Shown: piece by piece, positions 50,275 to 64,000 of the stretch
Layout: each line of letters begins with the position of its first letter
Numbering within the stretch: the first letter of the stretch is position 1
Assembly (NCBI GenBank): GCA_951406725.2
Contig: OX597815.1
Span: 51,026,001-51,090,000 of the forward strand
Length of the DNA: 64,000 bases
Direction: 5' to 3'
Origin: Octopus vulgaris
Taxonomy: Eukaryota
Notes under the pieces: model-generated
What the model was told of the DNA's origin: nothing
Seen by the model: only the letters and a program-made list of their open reading frames with translations
Database searches by the model: none
Program-made: the position numbers and the translations under genes

Positions 50275-51022
50275 TTCATGTATATTTTAGATACAAAAAT
50301 CTGTCTATTTGTCTAAAGTTTACAGTATATTTTAAAATGAAAGTATATATAGTTCTGTTTATTTGATAAAAGAGGTAGCAATCCATCTTATTAATGTTTC
50401 TTACAGGCTACACCTATTATTGTTTGTTATAAATGCATCCATCTACATGTGTGTGTCTGTGCATGTTTTTGTGAATGTGTGTATTTGTGTCAGTATATAC
50501 ATGTGTATGCACGAGTTCATATCTGTGAATGTATGTGCTTGTGTATATAGCATGTGTGTACACGTGTGTGAAGGAATATGCATGTGCATTAGCAGATGTA
50601 GAAGCAAGCAGGTGGACACTTAGGTAAATAAGAGACAGACAGATTGATAGACAACTCAACTGATAGATACATTGGTTCATATAAAGCTATACTGACTAGA
50701 CATATACAGATGAATAAATAAACAGTAGGTATATATATATATATATATAAACAGATGGGTAGATATAGACATTACACATACATGTGTGTGTACATGTGTG
50801 TACATATACAGGATACTATGAGTAAATTGTTGCCATTCTATATGTGCATTGTTTGGCTTTGATAGAAAAGGTTGCAAGACACAACAAAAATCTTTGGAAA
50901 AATAAATAAGTAAATGAGTGGAAACTTTACCAGTGAGTGTGCTAAATAATAAGGTACTAAAAGAGAATGACTCTCACCAGACACAACAAAATACATATAT
51001 TTATATATAAATATATCTTATA

Positions 51023-52285
51023 CAGGGAGCATAAGATATTTGAGGACAGATTTATATTTATGAAAGAACAGATATATAATAACAGGTAATAATATTTATC
51101 AAAAAATACTATGAGGATAACAATAAGATTTCTTTTCTATAATCTTATTCAATAAAGCCTCTTTCAGCTTCAACAACTGCTTCTATATGAGATTTAAATC
51201 ATCTACATGCTCGAATCAGTTGGTCCTTGTTCATTTTGGACATTACTCTGACTATGGCAGCTTTCATAGAATCTTTGGTGTTATGGGCATGCTCATTGAC
51301 TTCTCTCTCAATAACACTCCACATATAATAATCCACTGGACTGAGATCTGGGTAATTAGGAGGCCAAATGTTAAGGGATATGTGATCATGAAAATTTTCA
51401 GCCATCCATTCCTGTGTTACTAGAGCCATGTGTGATAGTGCAGAGTTTTATTGAAACACATATTACCTTCCATTACATATACTGTCTATCGAGAGCTTAA
51501 GAATTATTTCCAGGACCTCAATGTAAGTGGCAGAGTTAACTCTAAGGCCTTGTCGAAAGAAGTAAGGAGGCATCACATGTCCTTCATTGCTGACAATCCC
51601 TAAAACCATGACAGTTGCAGGAAATTTTGTATGCATAACATTTGGAACTTCAGAAGGGTCTGCACATAACCATCTATCATTTTTCTGTTAACTTTTTGAT
51701 CTTGGTCAAAGTTTTTCTCGTTTGAGAAAAAAACAAATCAAATCTTCTTCTGCTGGATTTTTCAGTTTGTTTAAGAGCCTTTTAGATTTGATGTAGTGAT
51801 TTTCTTTTGCTTTTTCTGACAAATTTACATTTCCTCATCATATAAGGTATTGTATCTGATGTCTTTGTAGACAACATTTCTTACTGTTCCTTCTGACACA
51901 AGGAAATCTTTTGCAATTGACCTCATGGACCTTCTGGGATTATAATTAATTGTCTGTTGAACTTGCTGGATAAATTCAGGTGTTCTAATGATTTCAGAGC
52001 CTTTAGAATGCTTTTTCCACTTTGATACTGGTGATACATTTCCGTCTTCAGTTTCTAGCTCCTTACAAACTTTGTACACTAAAATTCTGGCAACTTTCAA
52101 AAATCGAGATAATTCTAAATCGCTATACTCAGCCTTTATAACCTCAATAACAGCATGCTTCTTCATTCCTTCAGTAAGATGAGGGTCTGCCATTGTTATT
52201 TTCTGAAACAAAGGTTATACAGAGTTAGCAAAAAATGCAGCAATGACCAAAAAAAGGTATGTCCTCAAATACCTTATACACCCTG
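51023..52285 (-). mobile_element. Full-length maT (DD37D) Tc1/mariner transposon; transposase pseudogene 51145-52193
   Basis: TA-flanked TIRs CAGGGAGCATAAGATATTTGAGGACA / TGTCCTCAAATACCTTATACACCCTG. Motifs EKNFDQDQK, VMVLG and WPPNYPDLSPVDY; 37 residues counted between the second and third catalytic positions. Confidence 0.93.
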
Positions 52286-52310
52286 TATATATAGACACAC
52301 GCATATATGG

Positions 52311-52395
<85 letters not shown>

Positions 52396-52526
52396 CGAAT
52401 ATAAACAAGAAGGGTAGTAATATTATTTACTACCAGGTGCCCAGCACAAAAGACGAATTAGTCATAAGACAAAATATTATTCATATAGAAAAATATTATT
52501 CAAGTAGTAATACAATTAAGGGCACC

Positions 52527-52686
52527 TAAATTAGGATGCCGAGTGTTGGGAAACACAAAAAGGGGATGAATTTATCGAGAGTGAAAATCAAAAACGTTTA
52601 CCGATAACTTTAACAACTCGAACCGATCAGTTTCTGCTTCTTTCTAGCAAAACACTTGTGTTCCCAACACTCGGCATCCTAATTTA
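52527..52686. repeat. ~31-bp inverted repeat bounding a short insert in (TA)n, Penelope-terminus-like
   Basis: TAAATTAGGATGCCGAGTGTTGGGAA(A)CACAA / TTGTGTTCCCAACACTCGGCATCCTAATTTA. Confidence 0.8.
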
Positions 52687-52721
52687 TGTATATATATATA
52701 TATATACACATATACATTCAT

Positions 52722-52752
<31 letters not shown>

Positions 52753-52774
52753 CATATATATATATATGTATATG

Positions 52775-52828
<54 letters not shown>

Positions 52829-52829
52829 T

Positions 52830-53211
52830 GGAAGCACTCCGTCGGTTACGACGACGAGGGTTCCGGTTTATCCGATCAACGGAACAGCCTGCTCGTGAAA
52901 TTAACGTGTAAGTGGCTGAGCACTCCACAGACACGTGCACCCTTAATGTAGTTCTCGGGGATATTCAGCGTGACACAGAGAGTGACAAGGCCGGCCCTTT
53001 GAAATACAGGTACAACAGAAACAGGAAGTAAGAGTGAGATAAAGTTGTGGTGAAAGAGTACAGCAGGGATCACCACCATCCCTGCAGGAGCCTCGTGGAG
53101 CTTTAGGTGTTTTCGCTCAATAAACACTCAGAACGCCCGGTCTGGGAATCGAAACCGCGATCCTATGACCGCGAGTCCGCTGCCCTAACCACTGGGCCAT
53201 TGCACCTCCAC
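52830..53211 (-). mobile_element. Young tRNA-derived SINE family D
   Basis: Minus strand GTGGAGGTGCAATGGCCCAGTGGTTAGGGCAGCGGACTCGCGGTC..GGTTTCGATTCCC has intact A and B boxes and is CpG-rich. Confidence 0.92.
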
Positions 53212-53531
53212 ACATACATATATATATATAGATACATACACAAACACACACACACACATATCCAAGACTAGCTATCTGAAACTTCAAAGTCACTGTCATC
53301 CCCTTTCATGTGAAAGTAGACTTTAGCACTGGCCTCTGGTTTATCTGCTCCAGCAAATAATCAAGCATGGAAAAATGATGAAGATATACATGTATGATAT
53401 AGTTCTGTGATAAGTCTCACTGCATGACATCTTGGACAGGTTTCTTCTTATATAACCCCATACCAACAAAAGCTTTGTAAGTAAATATGGCTTGTAGATA
53501 CTGAAAGAAGCTCATTGTTTATATATATATA

Positions 53532-54402
53532 TAGGGTGTGATGGGTAAATTGTTGCCATTTTATATTTTTTATTTCACACATGCGCATTCTTTGGTTTTG
53601 ACCCTACTATACACAGTATAGTAGGGTCAGTTGAGCACCATCTGTGAGAAAAACAGTACCATGATGCAATTCACTTTGCTAGAAATTTGGAAACATCATG
53701 CTGTACTGCTTGGCATTTGCACCAGAAGCTCCAATACGAACATTTCAGAGTGTTTGGATGTCAATCTGAGGACATGTACCAAGAGTGATAAAAATCAAAC
53801 ATCCAGTCAACATCATGGTGTTTTGAGTGATAACTAGTGATGGTGATGTTATGCCTCCATTCATCTTCACACATGGCCTCAAACTTAACACGGAGGCCTA
53901 CATCAAGTGCCTGGGGGAGGTAGTGCTGTGATGGGTCAAGGGCATGGCTGCTGAAAGACCCTATGTCTGGCAATGGAATTCTGCACCATGCCACACAAGC
54001 AGGAGAACCTAGCCATGACTGTCAGACAATTTCTCTAACCACATCATCCCTAACATTTAGCCACCCAACTCCCCACACTGCAACTCCCTTTATTATTTTG
54101 TGTGAGGCACAGTTGAGCAAGAGACCAATAAAACTCTTTGTAACAGCAAAGATGAACTGAAGGCAAGTATTAAGGCATCATTCACCAACTTAAAAAGGGC
54201 TACCATCCAGATGAGTTGCAGGAGATTCCAAAGTCGTATGGAGGTTGTGGTTGAAACCAATAGCGATTTCATTGAATAAATTTACTCTTTAATATTTCAA
54301 GATATTTTTATGTAATTTTGGTGACTATAGCTGTTAAAATGAGAAGTTAGTGCTATTTTCACTTTTGAATAATTTAGACAACAGGTTATTCATTGCACCC
54401 TC
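53532..54402 (+). mobile_element. Internally deleted maT (DD37D) element
   Basis: AGGGTG...CACCCT ends; KHPVNIMVF..ITSDGDVMPPFIF, WQWNSAPCH and PPNSP motifs. Confidence 0.88.
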
Positions 54403-54420
54403 TATGTATGTATATATATG

Positions 54421-54484
<64 letters not shown>

Positions 54485-54485
54485 A

Positions 54486-54523
<38 letters not shown>

Positions 54524-54822
54524 ATGCTGTGTATGCATATGTATGTGTCTGTGTCTCTTTGTCTTGACAATGTGGGATAGTTGTAAACAAGAGTCACTGT
54601 CGTACTAGCAGTGTCATTCATTTCCAGTCTTCCATGATAATATGCTTGGTCATGAGGAAATACTCTCTTGCTTGGAAACAAGTGAGGGCTGATGAGAGGA
54701 AGAGAATCAAGCCATACAAAATCTGCCTCAACAAATTCTGTCTGACCCATGCAAACAAGAATAGAGCACATTAAAATGATGATATTGATGATGCATGTAT
54801 ATATACATATATATACATATAC

Positions 54823-54873
<51 letters not shown>

Positions 54874-55469
54874 GTAAAAAATAAATACAAACTAGGACAA
54901 GAACGTGAAACACCAAGGAGACGACACAAGAACCACAGGACAGGACATTCAAAGCCCTCAGTCATCAGTCAAGAACCAGATCATCTTCGCAATTTCGGCT
55001 GATTAATCTTGAGATTGCTCCGATCTGGGCAGCCCCCAAGTGAAATCTAAGCCAAGCGCATTAGATCCCTTGGAAGAAAGCTTCGAATGTATACAACACA
55101 AGGACGGAAAACGAACGATGTACGCGAATAAAAATACAGAATACGTGAAAACAATAAGGAAAGCACGAATAAGAATACAAAAACGTAAAAACAATATATA
55201 TATATATATATACGGTATACTATATATGTGTAATAAGTTGAATAACATATAGTAAATGCACATATGAATGGAAAACAGACACAGAAGATCCCCTACTCAT
55301 CATCAATTATTGGCCAGAGGGTGAAATGTAATTTCGCGCCCTTGATAACATTACTTCCCTTCTGGTAGCAACCGGTAAATGCTGCTAGGAAATGGGACCA
55401 AAACTTAACAGAATGAGGACAGACAACAATAAATGGATAAACAAGCAATACAGAAGTAGACATACAAAA

Positions 55470-56545
55470 ATTTTTTTTTTTCAATTCAATTTTTATTGGC
55501 TCAAAAAGCAAAAGCAAGGCTATGTAGGGGGACAGGGAGTTATGTACAGGGAGGGTGGTCATACAAAGAGTTCAGGCCATTTCTGGTCAAGAGAGATTGA
55601 ACCGAGCGGTCGTCGGCATCTTCACTATCTCGTCCGGCAGCTTATTCCACGGATCCGCAACCCGGACGGAGAAAGCCTCTCTCCTTCAATTGAGATGAAA
55701 TCGTCATAGATAGAGCTTTTCGGAGTGACCCCGCAGCCCACGCTCTGGAGCAGGAGTGACGAACAGCTCTTTCAAGAGGTTACACTTTCCGCTTATGATG
55801 TTGTGAGCGAGAATGAGATCACCACGGCGGCAGCGTTTTTTGAGAGAATGAAGGACGAGCGTCTTCAGCCTTTCTTCATAAGACAAATGCTTGAGACCAA
55901 GAACCATGCAGGTAGCTTGCTTGTGGACTCTTTCGAGATGATGTATGTCTTTGAGGAGATAAGGAGAAGAGGCTTGAATCCCGTACTCCAGCATGGGTCT
56001 CACCAGCGTGACATGGAGCGGTAGGAATATGGTTGCTGTGAGCATTCCGAATGACCGTTGAATCAAAAACAGAACTCCGCGCGCTTTGTTGGCAGCATGG
56101 ATGCATTGGGTTGAAGGCGAAAAGGAAGAATCCACCAAGATTCCCAGGTCCTTTACTTGGTCGGTCTTCTCCAGCAGCTCGAAATCAAGTTGAGTTGCAG
56201 GAGAGGAGCACTTTGACACGTTCAGACACGGGTCCCATTCGTTTGACCATCTTCAAACTTGGTGGAGGCATTGATGAAGATCATCTATATCACTGCGAGG
56301 AGCGACCAGTTTGACATTGTTGGCAAATAGAAGGGTGTGTTGTGTGAGGTCGTTGGGCAAGTCATTGATGAAGAGTAAAAACAATAACGGCCCAAACACT
56401 GAACCTTGAGGCACTCCACTGCTCGCACTGGAGACATCGGACAGCGAACCATAAACTTGGACTTGGAAGGAGCAATCTGAGAGGAAGGCACCAACCCATC
56501 GTACATATCTGGATAGAAACGATATGCTTGACATACACAGCAACA
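55470..56545 (-). mobile_element. Second CR1-group LINE, 5'-truncated RT fragment with (ATTGA)n plus poly(A) tail
   Basis: SGVPQGSVFGPLLFLLFINDL, FANNVK (FADD motif mutated), KDLGILVD, LVRPMLEY, LSYEERL and RGH motifs. A different family from the copy at 16376-20552. Confidence 0.93.
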
Positions 56546-56896
56546 CCTCAACCTCGCCTTTTTTCTCTGTCACATCTGAAGAGGGCATAGCCCTGTAGGT
56601 GGACAGAAATGAAATAAATAAACAAATGGAATGTTCGCTTAGGGTTAGATGAAGACGAAGAGAGAAATCTCAAAGGATTGGAAACAAAAGGGCAACAGAT
56701 AGTGAAACAGGTTGAAGTAGAGACTAATGAATATATATGTATATATATATATATCATCATCATCATCATCATCGTTTAACGCCCGCTTTCCATGCTAGCA
56801 TGGGTTGGACGGTTCAACTGGCGTTTGGGAAGCCAGAAGGCTGCACCAGGCCCAGTCTGAACTGGCAGTGTTTTTACAGCTGGATGCCCTTCCTAA

Positions 56897-56971
<75 letters not shown>

Positions 56972-57346
56972 GTATAATATTGCTTAGGTGTTGCAATACT
57001 AATAACCTGGTGTAGAACTCAATATATGTATGCTTCATGTTTGAGGCACTGATCAAGCAGAAAGATGTTACTCAGACCACATTTTATAGGGGAAACAACT
57101 GTAAGCTAATGAAATTCACAAGATGATAGTTTATTGTTTTGTCTTCTCCTTTTTCTCTCTCTCACACACACACACACACACGTATACATATACATATATA
57201 CCATCACCATCATCATAAATTCACGTTCATTTCTCATGCTTCAAGTTTGACAGGAGCTGACTAGCCAGAGAGCTCCACCAAAGATCTGTTTTGGCATGGT
57301 TTCTCCAACTGGATAACTTTCCCAATGCCAGCCACTATACAGAGTG

Positions 57347-57394
<48 letters not shown>

Positions 57395-57401
<7 letters not shown>

Positions 57402-57735
57402 AAATCCATTCTGTCTGTCCGTATGTGTGTCTTCTAGGATCTCAAGCATCCTCCATCCGATTGCGCTCAAATTTGATATGTAGATACCAACGGTATCAGG
57501 GCGTGTATAAGTCTTGAAAAAATTACAAAAATCGATTCCAGGTGAGAATGCGATCGATAAAGTCGTGGGAACGTGCATTTGTATGTGCAAGTACATCAGT
57601 TGAAATCCGTTTTCCGCTGGTGTCTCAGATTTAGGTTAAATCAGTGTTTCTCAAAGGGGAGGCCTATTGGACGGTCGGACAAGTTGTTTTGAGAAAATTT
57701 GGTTTAAATGTTTGACAACTCAGCACTGTCCATTG
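57395..57735 (+). mobile_element. Non-autonomous Helitron-like fragment (5' part)
   Basis: TATATAAAA..TCTGTCTGTCCG..CCGATT....AAATTTGA parallels the 5' organisation of 26264-26646; no CTAG end. Confidence 0.55.
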
Positions 57736-58481
57736 GACGGGGATGGGGTTAGCTCATATATATATATATATATATTTATACATATATATGTGCTTATATA
57801 TATATATATAGATAGATAGATATTCACAAATATGTATATATATGTATCTATATATGTGTGTATATGTATGTATATGTGTATTTGTGTATGTGCATGTGTG
57901 TGAATATGTGTATGGGTGTGCGTATGTGTGTGTGTGTATGCATGTGTGTGTGTGTAGATATGTATATATTAAGTATTCAGTGTATCTGTATATTCCTAAC
58001 AGCCAGTCAGTCCATCTTGTCTCCATGTGCGCTTCACTGTATTGCTTTCTTATATAAATATATATATATTTATATAGATCTAAGTTTTTTCTTTACATTC
58101 TCTTGATTATATTCCCTTCATTTCCTCCTCTTTATTTCTGTTTCCCCTTATGTTTGTACACAGCCAACTTTTATTGCTGTAGTTGTTGTTGCTGTTGTTA
58201 ATGGTGTTGTCATTGTTTTTATTTTTCTATGTCCTACGCACATATTTTTTAAGGCATTAGAAATTCGCTTTTTGCTACATACATATATATGTGTGTGTGC
58301 ATCAGCATAACCATAAATCCATACATACATGTATATGTATATATATATTAATATACACACACACACACATATATATATATATATGTAAATATATATATAT
58401 ATATATGTGTGTAAATATGCATATACATTTCTATATATACCATTATATGTATATGTATATATGTGTCTCTGTATATGTATG

Positions 58482-58564
<83 letters not shown>

Positions 58565-58565
58565 G

Positions 58566-58620
<55 letters not shown>

Positions 58621-58684
58621 CAGGCACACACACACATATATATGGCTGTTATTTTTGTATGTATTACTGAAATCTTTATCAACT

Positions 58685-58717
<33 letters not shown>

Positions 58718-60703
58718 TATAAACACACACACACATACATATATATATATATTATATATATATATTTACTTGACTTTTCTGTTTTACTTTTTATCCATCC
58801 AGTGTAATTTTTCACCAATTTTCTCTCTCGCGTATTTTATGATTCATTCGATTCAAGATTCATTTGATTCAATGAGGGTACAAACAAGTCTTTTGTCTTA
58901 TTTTCTCTTTTTGGCTATTTATTTGTTGCTCATTTTATTTTTAATTTTTACTTATTTTACTTACAGTTGTTGTTGTTAGTGTTGGATTTCTTTTTTAACC
59001 TGGTCTTCTTTTTGTGGAGTTTTTTGCTATATATTATAACTGTTGTTCTTCACCAAACTTGTTCCTGTTGGTGATGTAAGCAGTAGCTGTTGGTGGAGGT
59101 TCTTGCTCTTGTTAAACTCTCTTTTCTTATTTATTTTCTACTGTAAATTGTTTATATTGTTTTGATTGTTGTTGTTGTTTCTATGGATAATCATGATGGA
59201 GATGACAATGATGATGATGATAATGATGATGATTGTGTGGTGGTGCTGCTGCAGATGGTGGTGGTGGTTATGTTTACTTCTTATTTATTTTATTATGTTT
59301 TGTTCTATTCTGTCATTTAGTGATTAATGGCTACCAACCAACTAGATTGTTAATCACTTCATCATCTGTCTGTTCCACAATTTTCTCCTTCTATTATCTT
59401 CTTGCCTCCTAGCAACAGTTTTGGCTTCATTTTTAGACATTATTCTTGTAGCTGATGTTGTTGATTGTTGTCAACACTTTCATTCATAAAAACAAAAAAA
59501 AAGTTAAAAAAATAAAAAAGTTTTAAAAATTTATATATGTAACCAAAAGTATTGCTAACAGCATACTTACTTCTGCATGACCTCCACATAATATTCTGTT
59601 TGGAGAGGCTTGTGATTTCTAGTTTCAGTAAAATAGAGCAGTTCAATTCCTGTTCAAATTTTTTTGTTACATCAGTGAAGGTTATGAATACAAAAAAAAT
59701 TGATTACACAGTTGTTGCTTTTTTCTTACTGATATGGAATGAAATCAAAACCAAACTTGTTACTTCATTATTCATTAAATCACTATTTGGGCCATCCTTG
59801 TTTTCTTTTTTGTACTAAGTCATAAGATGTAGACTATATTGCTCAAAGGAACATTGTCGTTAACTGTAGCAGATTTTCAAGTGAACTAAACAAACAATTA
59901 ATTTTATGTCATGCATTTCTAAATAACCCTTTAGTATTAGGTCATTTGAAGGCTAGCAGAATAATTAACACACCAGGTTAAATGCCTAGCAGCATTTTGT
60001 CTTGTCTTTACACTTTGATTTCAAATTCTGTTGAGGTTGACTTTGCCTTTCGTCACTATGAGGTTGATAAATAAGTACCAGTTGAGTACTGGGGTTGATG
60101 TAGTCAACTTAGCCCCTACCCAAAAATTGTTGGCCTTTTGCCAAAATTTGAAACCAGTATTTGGCCATTGTAAGATACAACTTAAGATAAGCAAGAAGAA
60201 TCATTCTTATGCTGGACAAATTGCTTGGCAGGATTTCTTCCAGCTCTTTAGATTCTGAGTTCAGCCCACCTTAAGTTATTGGTTTCAAATTTTGGTACAA
60301 GGCCAAATATTTCAGGGTAATGGTTAAATTGATTACATCAACCTCAATGCTCAACTGGTACTTATTTTTTCTATCCTGAAAGGATGAAAGGCAAAGTTGA
60401 CCTTAATGGCATTTGAACCCAGAATGTAAAGATCAACAAAAATATTGCTAAGCACTTAATCTGGCAAGCTAACAATTCTGCCAGCTCACCACCTTAAAGG
60501 GAGCAATGTAATTTTAATTTCTTATACAGGTGCAAGGTATCAAGTTTGGTTGGGGTGGAAAGAAAAGTAAATAACAACATCAGAAGAATGAAAGACAAAG
60601 CTGATCATGGTGGGTTTTGAATTAAGAATGTAAAGAATTGAAATTTGAAACCAATATTATACTGCTTCGTAATTGTCTTCAGACATCCAACTTATAGGAA
60701 TAA

Positions 60704-61922
60704 CTGAAGGTGGTCTGAAAAGTTCATAGGCTGACTATGAATGAGAGATGCCAGAGCTGTGAAATCTTGCATTCATTAATTTCAGTTATTCTTATTAATA
60801 GATGCATTGTTTCTTACCAGGTAAAATGACATCTGACTATTCAGAGAAGACTTCAAAAATAGCTAGGAGCAACTTCTCTTGAAAATGGACAAAATTCGAC
60901 GTCATGATGTTATGATGTACCTTCAGAAAATCAGTTTAGCCCCTAAGGATATTCATACTGACATTATTGCTACATTAGAGGATGATGCTTCAGTTTTATC
61001 AACAGTGCATAGCTGAACTTAGTAGGGGAAAGGATAATCTTGAAGATGGCCCAAGATTTGGACATCTTGCAAATAGCCACCACTAAAGAAAACATTGCGT
61101 TCTCCACTTGGTGATGGATGATGGGCAATTTACCATAAATCAAACAGTCAAAGCTATTAGCATATCTCTTGAGAGAGTTGAGAATATTCTGCACAATGAA
61201 CTTGGCATGATGAAGGCTTCTGCACAGTGGAGGACACGTGTTCTGATGCCTGATCAAAAGTGCACCAGGCTGATCACATCAATGAAGAATCTGACATTGT
61301 TTGAGACAGATCCAGCTGGTTTCCTTGAACATTTCCCAACTCAGGATGAGATGAAAAGAAAATCCATGCAGTGGAAACACTCCTCCCCACCTGCCCCAAA
61401 TAAGGCTAAGGTCATTTCATATGCAGGGAATGTGATGGTTTCCATTGTTGAGGATGCATTTTTGAGTGTTCATTGACTATTTTGAACAGGGCCACACTTT
61501 CAATGGAGAGTACTATGCTAACTTTCTGAGGCAGTTATGAAAGGCTAGCAAGACCCAATGCCTGGGGAAACTGATGGAAGGAGTTTTATTTCATCAAGAC
61601 AATGTTCCAGCACACAAGTCCTTGGTTGTAATGGCTACTGTGCTTGACTATGACTTTGAACAGGTAGATCACCCTCTATATTCTCTTGATTTGGCCCCTT
61701 TTGACTATTATCTGTTCCCCAACAAGAGAAAACACTTGCCTGGGAACCAGTGTTGTAGTGATGATGACGTCATATCTGCTGTTGATGACTTTTTTTGAGC
61801 AACAAGATGAAAGCTTCTTCACCAATGGAATCCAAGCACTGCAACACTGGTGGAAGAAGTGTGTGGACTGCAAGAGGGATAATGTTGAAAAACGAACCTC
61901 TTTTGGTCATTCCTTGTGGTTA
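60704..61922 (+). mobile_element. Mariner (DD34D) transposon, decayed transposase ~60885-61895
   Basis: MDKIRRHDVMMYL..PKDIH, ENILHNELGMMKAS, GEYYA, FHQDNVPAH, HPLYSLDLAPFDYYLF and WKKCV motifs. Confidence 0.93.
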
Positions 61923-63112
61923 TGAGACAGCATTAAGACAAGACATGGAAAATGATGTCTTATAAGACATAAGGAAAGAAGTCCTATAAGGAAAGAAGTG
62001 AGATAGAAAGATAGAAAGAAGGATAGATAGAACAAAAGGTGAGAGAACAAGCCAAACCCAGAGCTGAAGGTAAATATAAAGGAGAGAGCCCAAGAGAAGC
62101 ATGAATGAAGAGGTCAGCAGTCAAGCATTAAAAGATATGTTGAAAGGAGAAATAGGATAGTCACCTAGTACCAAAAAGGGGAAAGTGAGAAAAAAGGTAG
62201 TGAAGGGCAGAGAAAAAGGCCAAGGAAAAGATGGAAGCAAAGTAAAGGGAGAAAAAAGCAGACGGAAAGAAATGCAGAAGGAGATAAAAGAGAGGGCAGA
62301 GAGAAAGAAGGGGAATAAAGGAGGAGCCCTTTTTAAACAATCACATATGATTCGTCCCAAAGAATCAACCTTTAAATAAGAGTTTTGCTTCCACTAGCAA
62401 AAGCTATACACATCTTTTAGAAAGATCCATACTAATTTAACTTTATGCAGCATTCACTATTATTTTTTGTGCAGGCTATGTGGGAAGACAGAATAAAGGG
62501 GCCTTTGTTAGCTTCTCTCTCGAAAAAAATAGTTCCCTTTGCTGTTGAAATAAACTCACAGAGGGGAAGTTTCAACATCTTCCTTCAATTTCATTACACC
62601 ATTTATGTGCCTGTTTCTGACAAGAAATTTCGCTTTCATGTAAAACAATTATATTTTGTAGTCATTATCTGTAATGTACTCCCAAAACACTTCAGTAGCT
62701 CTACTTTGCATCACTCGCAGACTTATATGTTCTATGATTGTTAAAGTGCAGCGTCCTCTACAATAACCAGCCTTCAGTTTCATTTTCTGTTCCTAGGTTT
62801 ATTGGAAACATAGATTGCTGTGCTACTCATAAACCTTCTAGGTAGTTCAATTATTTGGTGGAAATAATACCACCAAAGCAACTTAAACCATCCAAAGGAT
62901 GGGTGCATTTGCTAGTATATATATAAGAAGAGGTATGGTTGTGTGGTAAGAAGCCTGCTTACCAACCTTATAGTTTCAGGTTCAGTTCCACTGCATGGCA
63001 CCTTAGGCAAGTGTCTTCTACTATAGCCTCAAGCTGACCAAAGTCTTGTGAGTGGATTTGGTAGATGGAAACTGAAAGAAGCCCATCATGTATGCATATG
63101 TATACTTATTTA

Positions 63113-63815
63113 CAGGGTGCAATGGGTAAATTGTTGCCATTTTATATTTTTAATTTCACACATGCACATTGTTTAGTTTTGATTTTGTCAACTACACAGT
63201 ATAGTAGGGTCAGTTGGGCACTGTCTCTAAAAAAAATAGCACCATGGTGCAATTCACTCTACCAGAAATTTAGAAACGACATGCTGTACTGCTTGGCATT
63301 TGAGCTGGAAGCTCCAGTACAAACAGATGGTGAACACACAGAACAACCGTTGGCTTGCCATGTCCCCAAACCATATACCAAAAGTGATAAAAATCAAACA
63401 CCCAGTCAGCATCATGGTGTTTGGAGTGATCACTAGTGATGGTGACGTTATGCCTCTATTCATTTTCTCATATGGCCTCACACTCAACACGGAGGCCTAC
63501 ATCAAGTGCTGGGGAAGGTAGTACTGCCCTGGGTCAAGAGCATGGCTGCTGGAAGACCCTATGTCCAGCAATAGGATTCTGCATCATGCTACACAAGCAG
63601 GAGAACCCAGCCATGACAGTCAGACAATTTCTGTGACCACATCACCCCTAACATCTGGCCACCTAACTCACCACGCTGCAATTCCCTTGATTATTATGTG
63701 TGGGGCACAGTTGAGCAAGAGACCACAAAACTCCTTGTAACACAAAAGATGAACTGAAGGCAAGGGTTATGGCAGCATTCACCAACTTAAACAAGGGGAC
63801 CATCCAGAAGAGTTG
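63113..63815 (+). mobile_element. Internally deleted maT element, 3'-truncated; same family as 53532-54402
   Basis: TA-CAGGGTGCAATGGGTAAATTGTTGCC start; NTQNNRWLA..KHPVSIMVFGVITSDG and WPPNSPRCNSLDYYVW motifs. Confidence 0.9.
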
Positions 63816-64000
63816 TATATGCATCATCATCGTCTTCATCATTGTTTAATGTCTGCCTTCCATGCTGTCATGAGTTGGACAGTTTGAGAGGTGCCAGCCA
63901 GGTAGAAGACTACATCATACTTCTGTGTCTGTTTTGGCAGGGTCTTTATGACAGGATACTCTTCATAACACCATTCACCCCCCCCCCACCTCAACAGTGG

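Noticed and set aside
53130-53211. Genuine tRNA gene
   Set aside because: The tRNA-like head continues into a SINE body and has a paralog at 21918; no clean acceptor stem or terminator.
54955-55030. Type II hammerhead on the minus strand (GAAA...CTGATGA)
   Set aside because: Stems II and III cannot be closed convincingly around the core.

Overview
AT-rich, repeat-saturated eukaryotic DNA. The SINE, RTE, Dong, maT and Penelope repertoire with dense (TA)n, (TATG)n and (GATA)n microsatellites points to an octopus or other cephalopod genome; this is inference from recognition, not from a search. No host gene could be confidently identified, and nearly all ORFs in the supplied track are microsatellite or antisense artefacts. 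The main element is a near-full-length CR1-group LINE on the minus strand (about 16376-20552), with a PHD-finger ORF1 and an APE-endonuclease/RT ORF2. Its ORF2 has no ATG before the endonuclease, overlaps ORF1 in the -1 frame, and has a canonical G_GGA_AAC slippery heptamer directly before the ORF1 stop. This makes it a candidate programmed -1 ribosomal frameshift in a non-LTR retrotransposon and the best lead in the window. Also present are a second CR1 fragment, RTE and Dong/R4 LINE fragments, a Gypsy relic, Penelope relics including a minimal hammerhead ribozyme motif, mariner and maT (DD37D) transposons, hAT and piggyBac-like MITEs, non-autonomous Helitrons, many tRNA-derived SINEs and several long palindromes. 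Both CR1 copies show CpG-decay mutations at conserved codons, which suggests methylation and possibly an intronic location.
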